Shown here piece after piece: positions 13,233-28,100 of a stretch of 64,000 nucleotides of DNA (the stretch's first letter is position 1; each line of letters starts with the position of its first letter). The DNA lies in the NCBI RefSeq assembly GCF_963921235.1, contig NC_086108.1, forward strand, positions 94,986,001-95,050,000, given 5' to 3'. This DNA is from Mobula hypostoma. Taxonomy: Eukaryota. Made by a program: the position numbers and the translations under genes. The notes below the pieces were generated by a model. The model did not search any database. It saw only the letters and a program-made list of their open reading frames with translations, and had not been told where the DNA came from.

Positions 13233-13481
13233 TTTCCATCTTGGAGATGGAGTGAGATATCCATCTTGTTTCTCTAAAAGTAAATGCCCACCAACATAAA
13301 AAAGTAACACTTCAATACTTCACTTGCACAATAAGTTGCCTAGGGAAGATTTATTGCCATAGCTCTGCTTAGCGTGAAGTCAATGTCAATACGTTTCCAC
13401 CACTGCTGCATACAGTATCTGATACGAATGCCACTGGTTTCTTATATCTTCATCTCGTAGTTGATTCACTTTTGTGACTGA

Positions 13482-14262
13482 TCATAGAAACATAGAAAAA
13501 CTACAGCGCAATACAGGCCCTTCAGCCCACTAAGTTGTGCCAAACATGTCCCTACCTTAGAAGTTACTAGGGTTACCCATAGCCCTCTATTTTTCTAAGC
13601 TCCATGTACCTATCCAAAAGTCTCTTAAAAGACCCTATCGTATCCGCCTCCACCACCATTGCCAGCAGCCCATTCCACGCATTCACCACTCTGTGTGTAA
13701 AAATAAAAACGAACAAACAAACTTACCCCTGACATCTCCTCTGTACCTACTCCCAAGCACCTTAAACCTGTGCCCTCTTGTGGCAGCCATTTCAGCGCTG
13801 GGGAAAAAGCCTCTGACTATCCACACGATCAATGCCTCTCATCTTCTTATACACCTTTATCAGGTCACCTCTCATCCTCTGGTGCTCCAAGGAGAAAAGG
13901 CCAAGTTCACTCAATCTGTTTTCATAAGGCATGCTCCCCAATCCAGGCAATATCCTCGTAAATCTCCTCTGCACCTTTTCTATAGTTTCCACATCCTTCC
14001 TGTAGTGAGGTGACCAGAACTGAGCACAGTACTCCAAGTGGGGTCTAACCAGGTCCTATATAGCTGCAACACTACCTCTTGGCTCCTAAATTCAATTCCA
14101 TGGTTAATGAAAGCCAATACACCGTATGCCTTCTCAACCACAGAGTCAACCTGAGCAGCTGTTTTGAGCGTCCTATGGACTCGGACCTCAAGATCCCTCT
14201 GATCCTCCACACTGCCAAGAGTCTTGCCATTAATACTATATTCTGCCATCATATTTGACCTA
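13482..14262 (-). mobile_element. CR1 3' fragment
   Basis: EYCAQFWSPHYRKDVETIEKVQRRFTR; tail ttctatgtttctatg. Confidence 0.9.
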
Positions 14263-14824
14263 TCATATTCAGATCACTCAGAAAAATCATTCATACTGCA
14301 ACATGTGAAAATAAACCAGACAGTTGAAGGTTCCAAGAATACGTCCCCTAATCATTCTTCAGACTTTGAGATTTCTCAGTTATTTTGGATAATTGATTAT
14401 TAAAAAAGTCATTGCAGTGTGCATTGTGATAATTTGAAGCTCTTGTCAATCCACAGATCCAGAAAAACACACTGCAAAAGTAGGAGGTACACTAAATTAG
14501 GAAACTGAATTTAAATTGCCTTCTTTTTTGGCATCTATCCCCTGGATTTGTGATTTTAAACCGAAAATGCTCGAAAGGTTCAGCAGGTCAGGCAAGGAAA
14601 TGGTTAACATTTCAGATCTGGAACTTTTCATCAGAATTGAGAAAACCATTAGTTTTTGTCATATTGGAGGGGGTGAGTTGGATAGAATGACATTAATATA
14701 TCTGGGGTGAGGCAAAGTAAGTCAATATGGCAGTTGGAATCAGATTATGCTGCTTTGTCTGTGTAAAGTGTTGCTACCAGCACATGACATTTTTTTTAAT
14801 GCGTTTTTTTTTATTTCCTTCTAG

Positions 14825-15001
14825 GTATATAGAGGAGTATGGGATGAGTCACAGATAGTATTAAAGTGTAAGCTTGAAGGACTTCTCCACTTTGATTTAG
14901 ATTCTAACATGGAACCAAGGAAGGAGATGAACTTATTTGACCAGCCAACTAAAGGCACTTCCATGGAGGAGTTTCGAAAAATGGTTTACAATCTCTTGAA
15001 G
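14825..15001 (+). CDS. DIPK1A: DIPK1A penultimate coding exon (177 bp; VYRGVWDESQIVLKC...FRKMVYNLLK)
   Basis: ttctag| acceptor, |gtaagc donor, open phase-0 frame with FAM69 motif EPRKEMNLFDQPTKGTS. Confidence 0.93.
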
Positions 15002-15063
15002 GTAAGCTTTTGAATAAAAGTTCAAAATCAGTACACAAGTCCTTCTGAGAACCAACTGCATAA

Positions 15064-15891
<828 letters not shown>

Positions 15892-17084
15892 ACACTTATG
15901 GAAGAATAGAGTTCTACAGTATTAATTGAATATCATTGAGGGAAGAAAGCATTTTTTTTGGTGAAGGTTTTGTGTTTAGTTTGTCTATTGAGCACATTAA
16001 ATCATATTGCTTAAAAAAATTAAAAGGAAAACCACTAGAGATTTTTATTAATTTAATGGTTGTAAATTTGGCTGATTTCCTTTGAGAGGGTGGAAACAGA
16101 CATGTATTGCAGCATGATGACTTTTGTATGGTTTTTAACCACAGTTTGTCGCATGACTATTAAACTGACAAGACATTGCTGAGCCTTAGTTATGTTGATG
16201 CTAAACTGGAAGAAATACTAAATCTATGGACTATTTCTCCTTCTATGGTAGACAATTTTTAAATGTGTCTAAATTGCAATGGAATATGAATGCAATTCAT
16301 TTTTAAATTGTTAATTGAGCACTTTATATTCATATATTCACTTCATGAAATCCTGTGGGATGAGGGTACAGTATTTAAGAAACTTTTGTGACAGTTTGTG
16401 TTTATAAATGGCCATTGATTTTTTTTTTAGGTCATTTGTTCAAAAGGTAATTTTTTTTGCATTAAAGTAATTTTTAAAACCTCATTACATGATTACATTT
16501 TTATTAACATTAGTGCAATACATATTAATTTCCATTCTCATTTTCACTTAACCTTGCTACTTTTTTTATGATGCAGTTTGTTTATTAGACATGAGCATGT
16601 TGCTGTTTATGGGTCCTGGGTGTGTACATGTTGTCAAAGCGTATTTCTTGTATTACGTTGGTAACTTTGGGATGGCATGAAGACATAAAAGATACTATGT
16701 GACTGCAAGTCCTTTTCTTTCTCTATCATTCTGTGGGTTGTATTCAGTGAGTTGTGTTCTTTAATCCTGCTGAAGTATCTATTCTTTTTAAATGTCTTTT
16801 TGGGAGATGGGCCCCCCCCCGCCCCACCCCGCCCATTTTTATTCTTCATGCAGGTGAAATTGTAGATTTTAAGTTGTTACCAGAATAACGCAGGTAAGTA
16901 AGATCACTACATTTTGTGAAGGAATGAATATCACCCTTGGTGGATGGGTGCCTGTCCCCATGCACTGTTTTTGTACTGAATGGTGCTAAGATTCCTGCCT
17001 TTTATTGGTGCTTCATTCATCCAAATAAGAGTAATGGAATGTTCCACACTCCTTATTTGTGCTTTATGGACTGTAGGAAGGTTT

Positions 17085-17230
17085 TGTAGTCAGGATAAAA
17101 TAGGGTCTTTTAAGAGACTCTTGGAAAGGTACATGGAGCTTAGACAAATAGAGGGCTATGGGTAACCCAAGGTAATTTCTAAGCTACAGATTCAGCACAG
17201 CATAGTGGGCCAAAGGGCCTATATTGTGCT
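17085..17230 (+). mobile_element. CR1 extreme 3' end
   Basis: SFKRLLERYMELRQIEGYG plus 3'UTR; same family as 17955. Confidence 0.75.
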
Positions 17231-17954
17231 GTAGGTTTTCTGTGTTCTGTAAGCCATCCACGGCATTTACCCTGTTGCAAGTTTCAAAGAAGTGGTGCAG
17301 TTGAATTTCTGGCCAATTTTGATCCTCGAGTTGTTGGTGGGGGATTTGGCACTCTTAATATTGTCAAACATCAAGGGTATGTAGTCAAACTCGTACGGGA
17401 GATGATTAGTGCCAGATACTTGTACAGCACAAATGTTGCTTGCTATGTATTACCCCTTCCAGAACCTTCACCCTCTAACTAATGAAAGCCAGTATTCTAA
17501 ATAATATGGTCTTTTCTAACCATATTATTTAGCTTTTTTAACTTCTAAAGATCTATAGATTTGTACTGCAAAATACTACTATTCCTCAAGACACTACTAT
17601 TCATGATAAATATCTCAGCTTCATTAGTGCTCCAAAATTGCACCCCCTAACATCTGTTTGGATTAAATTCCTTCAGTCATTTTTCAGCTCATTTCACCAA
17701 CATAACAATATCTCTCTGCAGTCTAAGACAAGGTTAAGCACCACCTCATAATCGACACCACTAGTCCTAGACATCCAATTGGAAAAACAACACTGTACCA
17801 TCACCTTTGTCTACTGACCGATCAATTTTGCTCACTTGCCCTGGACTATGTAGGTACTAATCTTTCGAATCAGACTTTGATGTACTTATTAAAGACTTCA
17901 CTTCAAGTCCATGTAAATCACTTTGACTGCACTGCCTTAATTAATACACTCTGA

Positions 17955-20900
17955 TACATAGAAAACCTACAGCACAATACAGGCCCTTCGGCCCACAAAG
18001 CTGCGCTGAACATGTAATTGCTTTAGAAATTACCTAGGGTTACCCATAGCCCTCTATTTTTCTAAGCTCCATGTACCTATCCAAGAGTCTCTTAGAAGAC
18101 ACTATTGTATCCGCCTCCACCACCGTCACTGGCAGCCCATTCCACGCACTCACCACTCTGCGTTTATTTGAAAAAAAGACAACTTGCCCATCATCTCCTC
18201 TGTAGCTACTTCCAAGCACCTTAAACCTGTGCCCCCTTGTGTTAGCTATTTCAGCCCTGGGAAAGAGCCTCTGACTATCCACACGATCAATGCCTCTCAT
18301 CATCTTATACACCTCTATCAGGTCACCTCTCATCCTCTGTCGCTCCAAGGAGAAAAGCCAAAGTTCATTCAACCTATTCTCATAGGGCATGCTCACCAAT
18401 CCAGGCAACGTCCTTGTAGATCTCTTCTGCACCCTTTCTGTGGTTTCTGCATCTTTCCTGTAGTGAGGTAACCAGAACTGAGCACAGTACTCCATGTCGG
18501 GTCTGACCAGGGTCCTATAAAGCTGTAACATTACCTCTCACTAGACACTAGAATGCACAGTACAGGCCCTTCCGCCCTCGATGTTGTGTCGACCCATATA
18601 TTCCTTAATAAAGAGTACTAAACTCACACTACCCCGTAACCCTCTATTTTTCGTTCATCCATGTGCCTGTCCAAGAGGCTCTTAAATACCCCTAATGTTT
18701 TAGTCTCCATCGCCATCCCTGGCAAGTCATTCCAGGTACCCACAACCCTCTGTGTAAAATAAAGAAATAAATAAAATTTAAAATGAAAAATAAAAATTTA
18801 CTCCTGATGTCTCCCCTAAACTTCCCTTCCTTAACATTTGCTACTCACGCCCTGGGAAACAGGTACTGGCTATCCACCCTATATGCCTCTCATAATCTTG
18901 TAGACCTCTACCAAAGTCCCTTCTCCTCCTTCTATACTCCAAGAGAAAAGTCCCAGCTCTGCTAACCTTGCCTCATAAGACTTGTTTTACAATCCAGGCA
19001 ACATCCTGGTAAATCTCCTCTGCACCCTGTCCATAGCTTCCACATCCTTCCTATAACGAGGTGACCAGAACTGAACACAATACTCTTTAAGTGTGGTTTC
19101 ACCAGAGATTTGTAGAGTTGCAACATGACCTCTCTACTCTTGAACTCAATCCCCCTACTAATGAAGCCTAGCATCCCATAGGCCTTCTTAACTATCCTAT
19201 CAACCTGTGCAGTGACCTTGAGGAATGTATGGATTTGAACCCCAAGGTCCCTCTGTTCATCCACACTCTTAAGTAACCGACCATTAACCCTGTACTTAGC
19301 CTTCTGCTTTCTGGTTTGTCCATCTCTGCTATTAAACTCAATCCCATGGTTGATGAAGGCCAATGCACCGTATGCCTTCTTAACCACAGAGTCAACCTGC
19401 ACAGCAGCTTTGAGTGTCCTATGGACTCGGACCCCAAGATCCCTCTGATCTTCCACACTGGCAAGAGTCCTACCATTAATACTATATTCTGCCATCATAT
19501 TTGACCTACCAAAATGAACCACCTCACACTTATCTGGGTTGAACTCCATCTGCCACTTCTCAGCCCAGTTTTGCATCCTATCAATGTCCCGCTTTAACCT
19601 CTGACAGCCCTCCACACTATTCACAACACCCCCAACCTTTGTGTCATCAGCAAATTTACTAACCCATCCCTCCACTTCCTCATCCAGGTCATTTATAAAA
19701 ATCACGAAGAGAAGGGGTCCCAGAACAGATCCCTGAGGCACACCACTGGTCACCGACCTCCATGTAGAATATGACCCATCTACAACCACTCTTTGTGGAT
19801 CCAGAACTGGCTTGTCCACAGAAAGCAAAGCAATGTCCTTTGGATCCCAGGCTTCCTTACTTTCTCAATAAGCCATGCATTGGGTACCTTATCAAATGCC
19901 CTGCTGAAATCCATATACACTACATCTACTGCTCTACCTTTATCAATGTGTTTAGTCACATCCTCAAAAAATTCAATCAGGCTTGTAAGGTATGACCCTG
20001 CCCTTGACAAAGCCATGCTGACTATTCCTAATCATATTATGCCTCTCCAAATGTTCATAAATCCTGCCTCTCAGGATCTTCTCCATCAGCTTAGCAACCA
20101 CTGAAGTAAGACTCACTGGTCTATAATTTCCTGGGCTATCTCTGCTCCCTTTCTTGAATAAAGGAACAACATCCACACTCCTCCAATCCTCTGGAATCTC
20201 TCCTGTGCCCATTGATAATGCAAAGATGATCGCCAGATTCAGCAGTCTCCTCCCTCGCCTCCTATAGTAGCCTGGGGTACATCTCATCCGGTCCTGCTGA
20301 GTTATCCAACAGCTCCAGCACGTCCTCTTAATGTCTATATGCTCAAGCTTTTCACTCCGCTGTAAGTCACCCATACAATTGCCAAGGTCCTTTTCCGTAG
20401 TGAATACTGAAGCAAAGTAATCACTAAGTACCTCCGCTACCTCCTCTGGTTCCATACATACTCTTCCACTGTCACACTTGATTGGTCCTATTCTCTCATG
20501 TCTTATCCTCTTGCTCTTCATATTCTTGTAGAATACCTTGGGGTTTTCCTTAATCCTGCTTGCCAAGGCCTTTTCATGGCCCCTGCTGGCTCTCCTAATT
20601 TCATTCTTAAGCTCCTTCCTGCTAGCCCTATAATTTTCTAGGTCTCTATCATTACCTAGTCTTTTTTTAAACCTTTCGTAAAGCTTTTCTTCTTGACTAG
20701 ATTTTCAACGGCCTTTGTACACCACCAAATATCCCCTGAACATTTGCCATATTTCTGCCGTACATTTCCTTGAGAACATCTGCTCCCAATTAATGCTTCC
20801 AAGTTCCTTCCTGATAGCTTCATATTTCCCCTTACTCCAGTTAAATGTTTTCCTAATTTGTCTGCTCCTATTCCTCTCCAATGCAATGGTAAAGGAGATA

Positions 20901-22700
20901 GAATTGTGATCACTATCTCCAAAATGCTCTCCCCTTGAGAGACCTGACACCTGACCAGGTTCATTTACCAATACCAGGTCAAGTACAGCCTCTCCTCTTG
21001 TAGGCTTATCTACATATTGTGTCAAGAAACCTTCCTGAACACACCTGACAAACTCCACCCCATCTAAACCCCTTGCTCTATGGAAATGCCAATCAATATT
21101 GGGGAAATTAAAATCTCCCATCACGACAACTCTGTTATTATTGCACCCTTCTAGAGTTTGTCTCCCTATTTGCTCCTCGATGTCTCAGTTACTATTGGGT
21201 GGTCTATTTTTTTTTTAAAAAGCACCCAGTAGAGTTATTGACCCCTTCCTGTTTCTCACTTCCACCCACAGAAGACAATCCCTCCATGACTTCCTCCTTT
21301 TCTGCAGCCGTGACACTATCTCTGATAAACAGTGCCACTCCCCCACCTCTTTTGCCTCTCTCCCTGTCCTTCCTGAAATATCTAAAGCCTGGCACTCTTA
21401 AGTAGCCATTTCTGCCCCTGAGCCATCCAAGTCTCTGTAATGGCCACAACATCATAACTCCAAGTACTGATCTGCACTCTAATCTTGGTTCATGATACTC
21501 CTTCCACATCTCAAACCATCAGTCTGAGCGCATCTCTTCTCTATCATCTACCTATCCTCAGTCTCACACTGCCTACAAGTTTCCTCTATTTGTGAGTTAA
21601 CTGCCCTTTCCTCCGTCTTTTTAATTCAGTTCCCACCCCCCAGCAATTCTAGTTTAAACTGGAATCTCCCTGCCGGGATATTGGTTCCCTTTAGATTCAA
21701 GTGCAGCCCATCCTTTTTGTACAGGTTGCACCTGCCCCAAAAGAGGTCCCAATGATCCAGAAATCTGAATCCCTGTCCCCTCCATCCATCAGCCACACAT
21801 TTATCCTCCACCTCACTCTATTCCTGTACTCACTGTTGCGTGGCACAGGCAGCAATCCCGAGATTACTACCCTTGTGGTCCTGCTTCTCAGCCTCCTTCC
21901 TAACTCCCTGTAGACTTGTTTTCAGGACCTCCTCCCTTTTCCTACCCGTGGTGTTGGTACCAATATGTACCATGACCTCTGGCTGTTCACCTTCCCAATT
22001 CAGGATATCGTGGATGCGATCAGAAACATCCCGGACCCTGGCACCTGGGAGGCAAACTACCATCTGTGTTTTCTGTGTCCACAGAATCACACTGTAGAGT
22101 CCCATCTGCCATCCTCTTCCCTTCCCTGCCCTTCTGAGCCACAGGGCCAGACTCTGTGCCTCTGTTACTTCCCCTAGAGTACCAGAGTACTTATTGTTAA
22201 GGGGAACAGCCACGGGAGTACTCTATTATCTGACTCTTGCCCTTCCCTCTTCTGTTACCCACTTATCTGTCTCCCGAGGCCCTGATGTGACTACTTGCCT
22301 ATAGCTCCTCTCTATCACCTCCTCACTTTCCTTGACCAGACAAAGGTCATCGAGCTGCATCTCCAGTTCCTTAAGGAGCTGCAGCTTGACTCACCTGGCA
22401 GAGATGTGGCCATCTGGGAAGCTGGGAGTCTCTCGGACATCCCACATCCAACACCCAGTGCAGAACACCGGCCAGGCAGAATACTTCCTATTCCTATTTT
22501 TCATAAGTAACCTATCTTGCCTCGACCCATTATCACCATTCGACCCATTATCACCAGAGCCCCGTTGAGCCAAAGCCCTCCGACTTTGACACCCTCTATT
22601 CAGGCACCCACTCTATAAAGCTGTCTTCTTTTAAAATTCCTCCCGCCAGTCTAACTCGCTGACGTCCATACACCTCCACGGCCGTGCCCTGATACCTCCG
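17955..22700 (-). mobile_element. Near full-length decayed CR1 (ORF1 zinc-knuckle/SGNH esterase; ORF2 APE-RT), interrupted at 18541-19326
   Basis: ORF1 remnants VFCTGCWMW, VVCLPGARVRDV, VHIGTN, DGLHLN; ORF2 MGDFNFPNIDW, GNYRPVSLTS, KFADD. Confidence 0.9.
18541..19326 (-). mobile_element. Second CR1 subfamily 3' fragment nested in the CR1 above
   Basis: Duplicated C-terminal coding block in ORF 18962-19828; distinct tail (ctagtgtctag); host resumes at ...gctattaaactcaatccc. Confidence 0.8.
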
Positions 22701-23504
22701 ATAAAGAATTCAGTCAAATTGGTCAAATGGTATCTGCTCTTGATAAAGCCATGTTAGGCTGTTTTGGTCTTGTCTCTACCTTTCCAAAAGATCATCAATC
22801 ATGTCGCTCAGAATTTTACCCAGTTTCCATGAATGTTAAGTCTCACAGACCTGCAGTACCAGGTTTTTCCCTGTTGCTGTTCTTGAAAAGGGAAGTTGTA
22901 GTCATCCGATTCCTCACTTCTGTACAACGAAAATTAAATTATCACAACCAAATTCACAGCAATTTCTTCCAATACCTCCCATTACTGCTGGGATAAACCT
23001 CATCTGAACCTGGGAATTTATCCACCTTCAGGCCTGCTTATGTATCAAGTCTTTAAGGAGAGACCTGTACTAGATTTGCATCTGCCCCTTATCACCAAAT
23101 TCTCCACAGCAACCTTTGTTTTCTTTTGTGAATACCACTGAAGGACCTACCTAATCTATACTTTCTGGCTCCATTCAGACCAACAATGTAATTAATTGCT
23201 CCTGGTTTTTCCAAATCATAAGCTTTTTTTCAAGTTTATTTTGATCCTTGTTGAAATACTGTAGGAGGAACCAGCAGCTGTAGGATGGAGAGTGACAAAC
23301 AACTGCAAGCTCAGAGCCCTACCAACAGACAGAATGTCTATCAACAATGCCATCTCTTTAGGTTTCTGTAATGTACACTACCTTGTCAACAAAGGATAAA
23401 CTGAATAAAATGTTACCTTGCATTCTATGTTATGGATATTAGTTAAATCTGCCCATAAATTTAGCATCCTAAATTTCTGCCATGTTGAGTTCATCAGCCT
23501 GGTA

Positions 23505-25140
23505 TAAAGACCATAAGACATTGGAACAGAATTAGGCCATTCAGCCCATCGAGTCTGCTCCACCATTCCATCATGGCTGATCCTGCATCCCACTCAACTC
23601 CATACACCTGCCTTCTTGCCATATCCTTCGATGCCCTGACCAATCTGAAACTATCAATTTCCGCTTTAAATATATCCACGGTCTTGGCCACCAGCGGCAG
23701 AGCATTCCACAGATGCGCTACTCTCTGGCTTAGAAAAAAAGCCTCCTCAGATCTTTTCTAAAAGGTGGCCCCTCAGTTTTGAGGCTGAACCATCTAGTTC
23801 TGGATACCCCTCCCCCAAAAAGGAAACATCCTCTCCATGTCCACCCCTATCTAGGCCTTTCAACATTCAGTAGATTTCAATGAAATCCAAGTGTTCTGCT
23901 AAACGCCAGTGAGTGCAGGCCCAAAGCTGCCAAATGCTTATTTGTTAACCCCTTCATTCTTGGAATCATCCTCGTGAACCTCTTGTGGACTCTCCAATGA
24001 CAGCGCATCCTTTCTGAGATACAAGGCCCAAAGCCATTGACAATACGCAAACTGCGGCCTGACTGGTGTCTTATAAAGGCTCAGCATCATCTCTTTGCTT
24101 TTATATTCTAATCCCCTTGAAATAAATGCCAACATTGCATTTACCTTCTTTACCACAGACTCAACTTTCTGAGAGTCTTGCACAAGGATTCCCAAGTCCC
24201 TCTGCACCTCTGATGTTTGAATTTTCTCCCCATTTAGATAATAATCCGCATTATTGTTCCTTTTACCAAAATGCTTTATCATAATTTTCCAACACTATAT
24301 TCCATCTGCCATTTCGTTGCCCATTCTATCAATTTGTCTAAGTCCTGCTACAATTGCATTACTTCCTCAGCACTACCTACCCCTCCACCTACCTTTATAT
24401 CATCCACAAACTTTGCCACAAAGCCATTAATTCCATTATCTAAATCATTGGCAAACAATGTGAAAAGTAGCAGTCCCAATATTGACCCCTGTGGAACACC
24501 ACTAGTCACCAACAGCCAACCAGAAAAGGCCCCCTGCCTGTCAGCCATTCCTCCATCCAAGCCAGTGACGCCATAAAATTTTAGCAGCCTCGTGTGTCAC
24601 CCTATCAAACGCCTTCTGAAAATCCAAGTTAATGACATCCACTGCCTCTCTTTTATCCACCCCGCTTTATTTCCCCAGAATTTCCCTTTACAGAAACCAT
24701 GCTGACTTAAGACTTATTTTATCATTACTCTCCAAGTACCCTGAAACCTCATCCTCAATAATAAATTCCCAACAGCTGAGGTTAGGCTAACTGGCCTATA
24801 ATTTCCTTTCTTTTGCCTTCCTCCCCTCTTAAAGAGTGGCGTGGCATTTGCGATCTTCCAGTCCTCTGGGACCATGCCAGAATCAAGTGATTCTTGAAAG
24901 ATCATGATCAATGCATTCATTATTTCTTCAACAACCCCTCTCAGGACTCTGGGATATAGTCCATCTGGTCTAGGTGTCTTATCCACCTTAAGAACTTTCA
25001 GTTTGCCTTGCAGTTTTTCCATTGTGATAGCAATGGCACTCACTCCCACTCACAGACCTCTGGCATACAGCTAGTATCTTCCACAGTGAAGACTGATGCA
25101 AAGTACTCATTAAGTTCCACTGCCATTTCTTTATCCACCA
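23505..25140 (-). mobile_element. CR1, 5'-truncated and decayed
   Basis: [24 protein letters not shown]; tail cttatggtctt. Confidence 0.88.
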
Positions 25141-28100
25141 AGTGGATGTGGGACCAAGTCATCATTGTTTGATGATTCCACACCAATGGGCTATCCCATG
25201 TTGTTCTTAATATTGTGTAACAGTTTTAGGTTTAGTATCTTTCTATAGGTATAGAATATTACACTGATGCTGACTGTCCTCTTTGCCCAATGCAAGAAGC
25301 CATTTCTAAGATTTTTCTATTGGCCCAATCTGGACTACCCTACCCTACCAGTATCAACGGTTCTTGCTGATATGTTTAAAAGATCCAATTCATCCAGTTA
25401 TGGCTTTTCTGATTTTCACTTGTGATTGCTATCACCATTCTTTTCTACATTCTCTATTCATTACCTTAGTTGTCAGATCTTCACTAACTTCACCATTGAG
25501 CATTTGGACTTCTTTGCAATCACCTGGTCATTCTCCAAAACAAACATTTCTCCTATTGGTTTTGGTGTATTGACTTTTTCCAGAGCTGCACCATTTGTTC
25601 TATTTTTGTTTTAAATCATCTAGAATAGATGAAGACCTAGAAAACTCAAACTGAAGCCAATAGTGGAAACGAGTTAAATGTGTGTGAATACAAAATGCCA
25701 AACAGGAGCTTTGCAGGCTGGATAAAGAGATTGCTGATGGTTTTTGTAAAGAGGCAATAAACTCTCAAAACAGTTGGGCATAGATTTTCATTTATAATAG
25801 CTGCATCATTTGAGTATACTTAAATAGTCAAAATTTAATTTCCTAAGCATCTTATTAACACACGTTAAGTAAACATTGCAAGGATAGACTAAACTTTGTT
25901 GCCTCTTCGCGGATGCTGGATTTTCTTTGGTAATTAAATTTATATGCATTTTATTCCCTGTATGTGCTATCCACAATTTTTGTGAAGATTATCTGGTAAA
26001 AATTATTGAACAAGTGGTGCATTATCTTATAAAGAAAGATCAATGTACTAATTTCATTTTGCATCTTAACTTTGTAAGCTCTTCCCTTAAGAATGAATCC
26101 AATAACTCTGAAGTCAGTTTTTTGTCAAGTAGTATCTACAGGTGCATAGCAGTTAAGGCTTTGTCAGAATCAGTTCCTTCTATTTTGATGTTGTCAAATT
26201 TCTTTGTAATCAATAAATCAACTATATGCCTCTTCTGTAATGGTGATGCATTGTCAATGAATACTTGTTAGTTGCTTATTTCCCCCTAATTTGTGTACAA
26301 GTTCCTGTCCTGTGTATGTGGTTTTGGAGGATCCACACTGAAACATGCAATTATTGATTACTAATTTTCAAAATCAAATTTACAAAATACTCGTGATCTG
26401 TTATGCCAAGCAGCCCTCTAATTCTGATTTCTTCATTTTTATGACTATTTTATGAAAAAGCTGAGGATTGAGGATGCAACTTGCAAGCTTCAGAGCCTGA
26501 ATGACAAGAAACCACAATCACGATGGCATTCTAAATTAAGAATGTTTTGTTTTCCAGTTCTATGCATCCAGCATGGAATGCATTCCCTTAAATATAGCCA
26601 GGTAATGAGGTAATTTAGTATTATACTGATTTGGATGGTGAACAGAACCATTCTTAAGTCTCATCAAGAACCTGTAACTGCTGTTCTGATAATTCCCTGT
26701 TCTTTCCACATGACTGCCTTCCTCAGGTTTCTATTTTTATTATAGTGCAGTGCACACCATTGCGTTGCATGGGGGTGCAGTGTGGCAACAAGTCAAATGA
26801 TGGAAAAGTTGTTTCAAATTGGGGTGGAGTTTTTGCTACTCTGGATGTTGACCAACTTTCCTATTCCTTTAATGCTCAAGTTATTTTACCTGCTCACCTC
26901 TTAGGTAAGCAATTAATTACAGGATTTCATCAAAACTCTTGTACACCTTCCCCAAAATCAGATCTCAAGTGCCCAGAATACACCCAAGGTTCAACAATTG
27001 AAATTGTGATTTCAGATTAGAACCAATGTAATTTACTTGCTTTTAAAACTCAACATGCTGCTTTTAAAACTTTAAAGTGCTGCCTTTACTTTATGCTTAC
27101 TTCTCAATCTTACTGTTGTCGGGTCAGATAAGTGAATTAAGCACATGCCACTGCTAAATAAAATTGGTTATCTAATTGCAACCTCAGCTACCTTTAAACC
27201 CCTGCCATTACAAATAAATTCAAAATACTTGCCTGAGGTTATTTTACTTCACGTCTTAATAAAGCACCTATTTTTCAGATTAGTTCTAAATTCTCCCACA
27301 AGTATCTTTGAGGATGTCCCTTCAAGAATTTATTTCACACTAATTTCCTCTAACTTTTCCAAACTCCAAGCCTGTCAAATCTTTATTCATAAAAATAACC
27401 CATTAATATAAGGTATTGGTAAAATAAATCTCAGCATTGCTTCCTACAACTTGCATGCTTCCTTAAACAAAATCCAGTTTTCATACCAGTTACCTAACAG
27501 TTTTGGCCTGAAACATCAACTGTACTTATTTCCCATAGATGCTGCCTGGCTTGCTGAATTCCTCCCAACACTTTGTGTTGCTTGGATTTCCAGCATCTGC
27601 AGATTCTCTTGTATTTAGTTTTCCCTAACAATATAACATTAGCTTTCCTCATTACTTACTTAGCAGGCTACCAGGTGTTTGTATATTCTTCCCATGACTA
27701 CATAGATTCCCTCCAGCTATTCTGGTTTCCTCATGTTTGTGATAATTATGCTGGCTCCCTTTGGATCTTACCTAAATAAGGTCACCACTCATCCTTTTAA
27801 ACTCCAAAGAATGCAAGCGAAATTGTGCTCTTTTCGCCCATTAAAAGATGTGATTTATCCTGGTGGCCCTCTGAGACACCCTGCAATGCATATCCTCTAC
27901 AATACCCTGTATGACTGTAATAAAACCTGCCCACTTGTACAATAAAGGCTAATGCGTAATTTGCCTTGAACTACTAGTTGGACCTGCCTGCTATTACTCT
28001 CTAGATAATAAACCTCATGATCCCCTTACCAAAATTCACAACTTCCACTTCCTGACACCATTTGCCAGATTACTGTTCCTGTCTTCGCGATTTTCCAGTA

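Noticed and set aside
22522..22556. Tandem duplication tcgacccattatcacca x2
   Set aside because: Local slippage in the CR1 5' region; two units only
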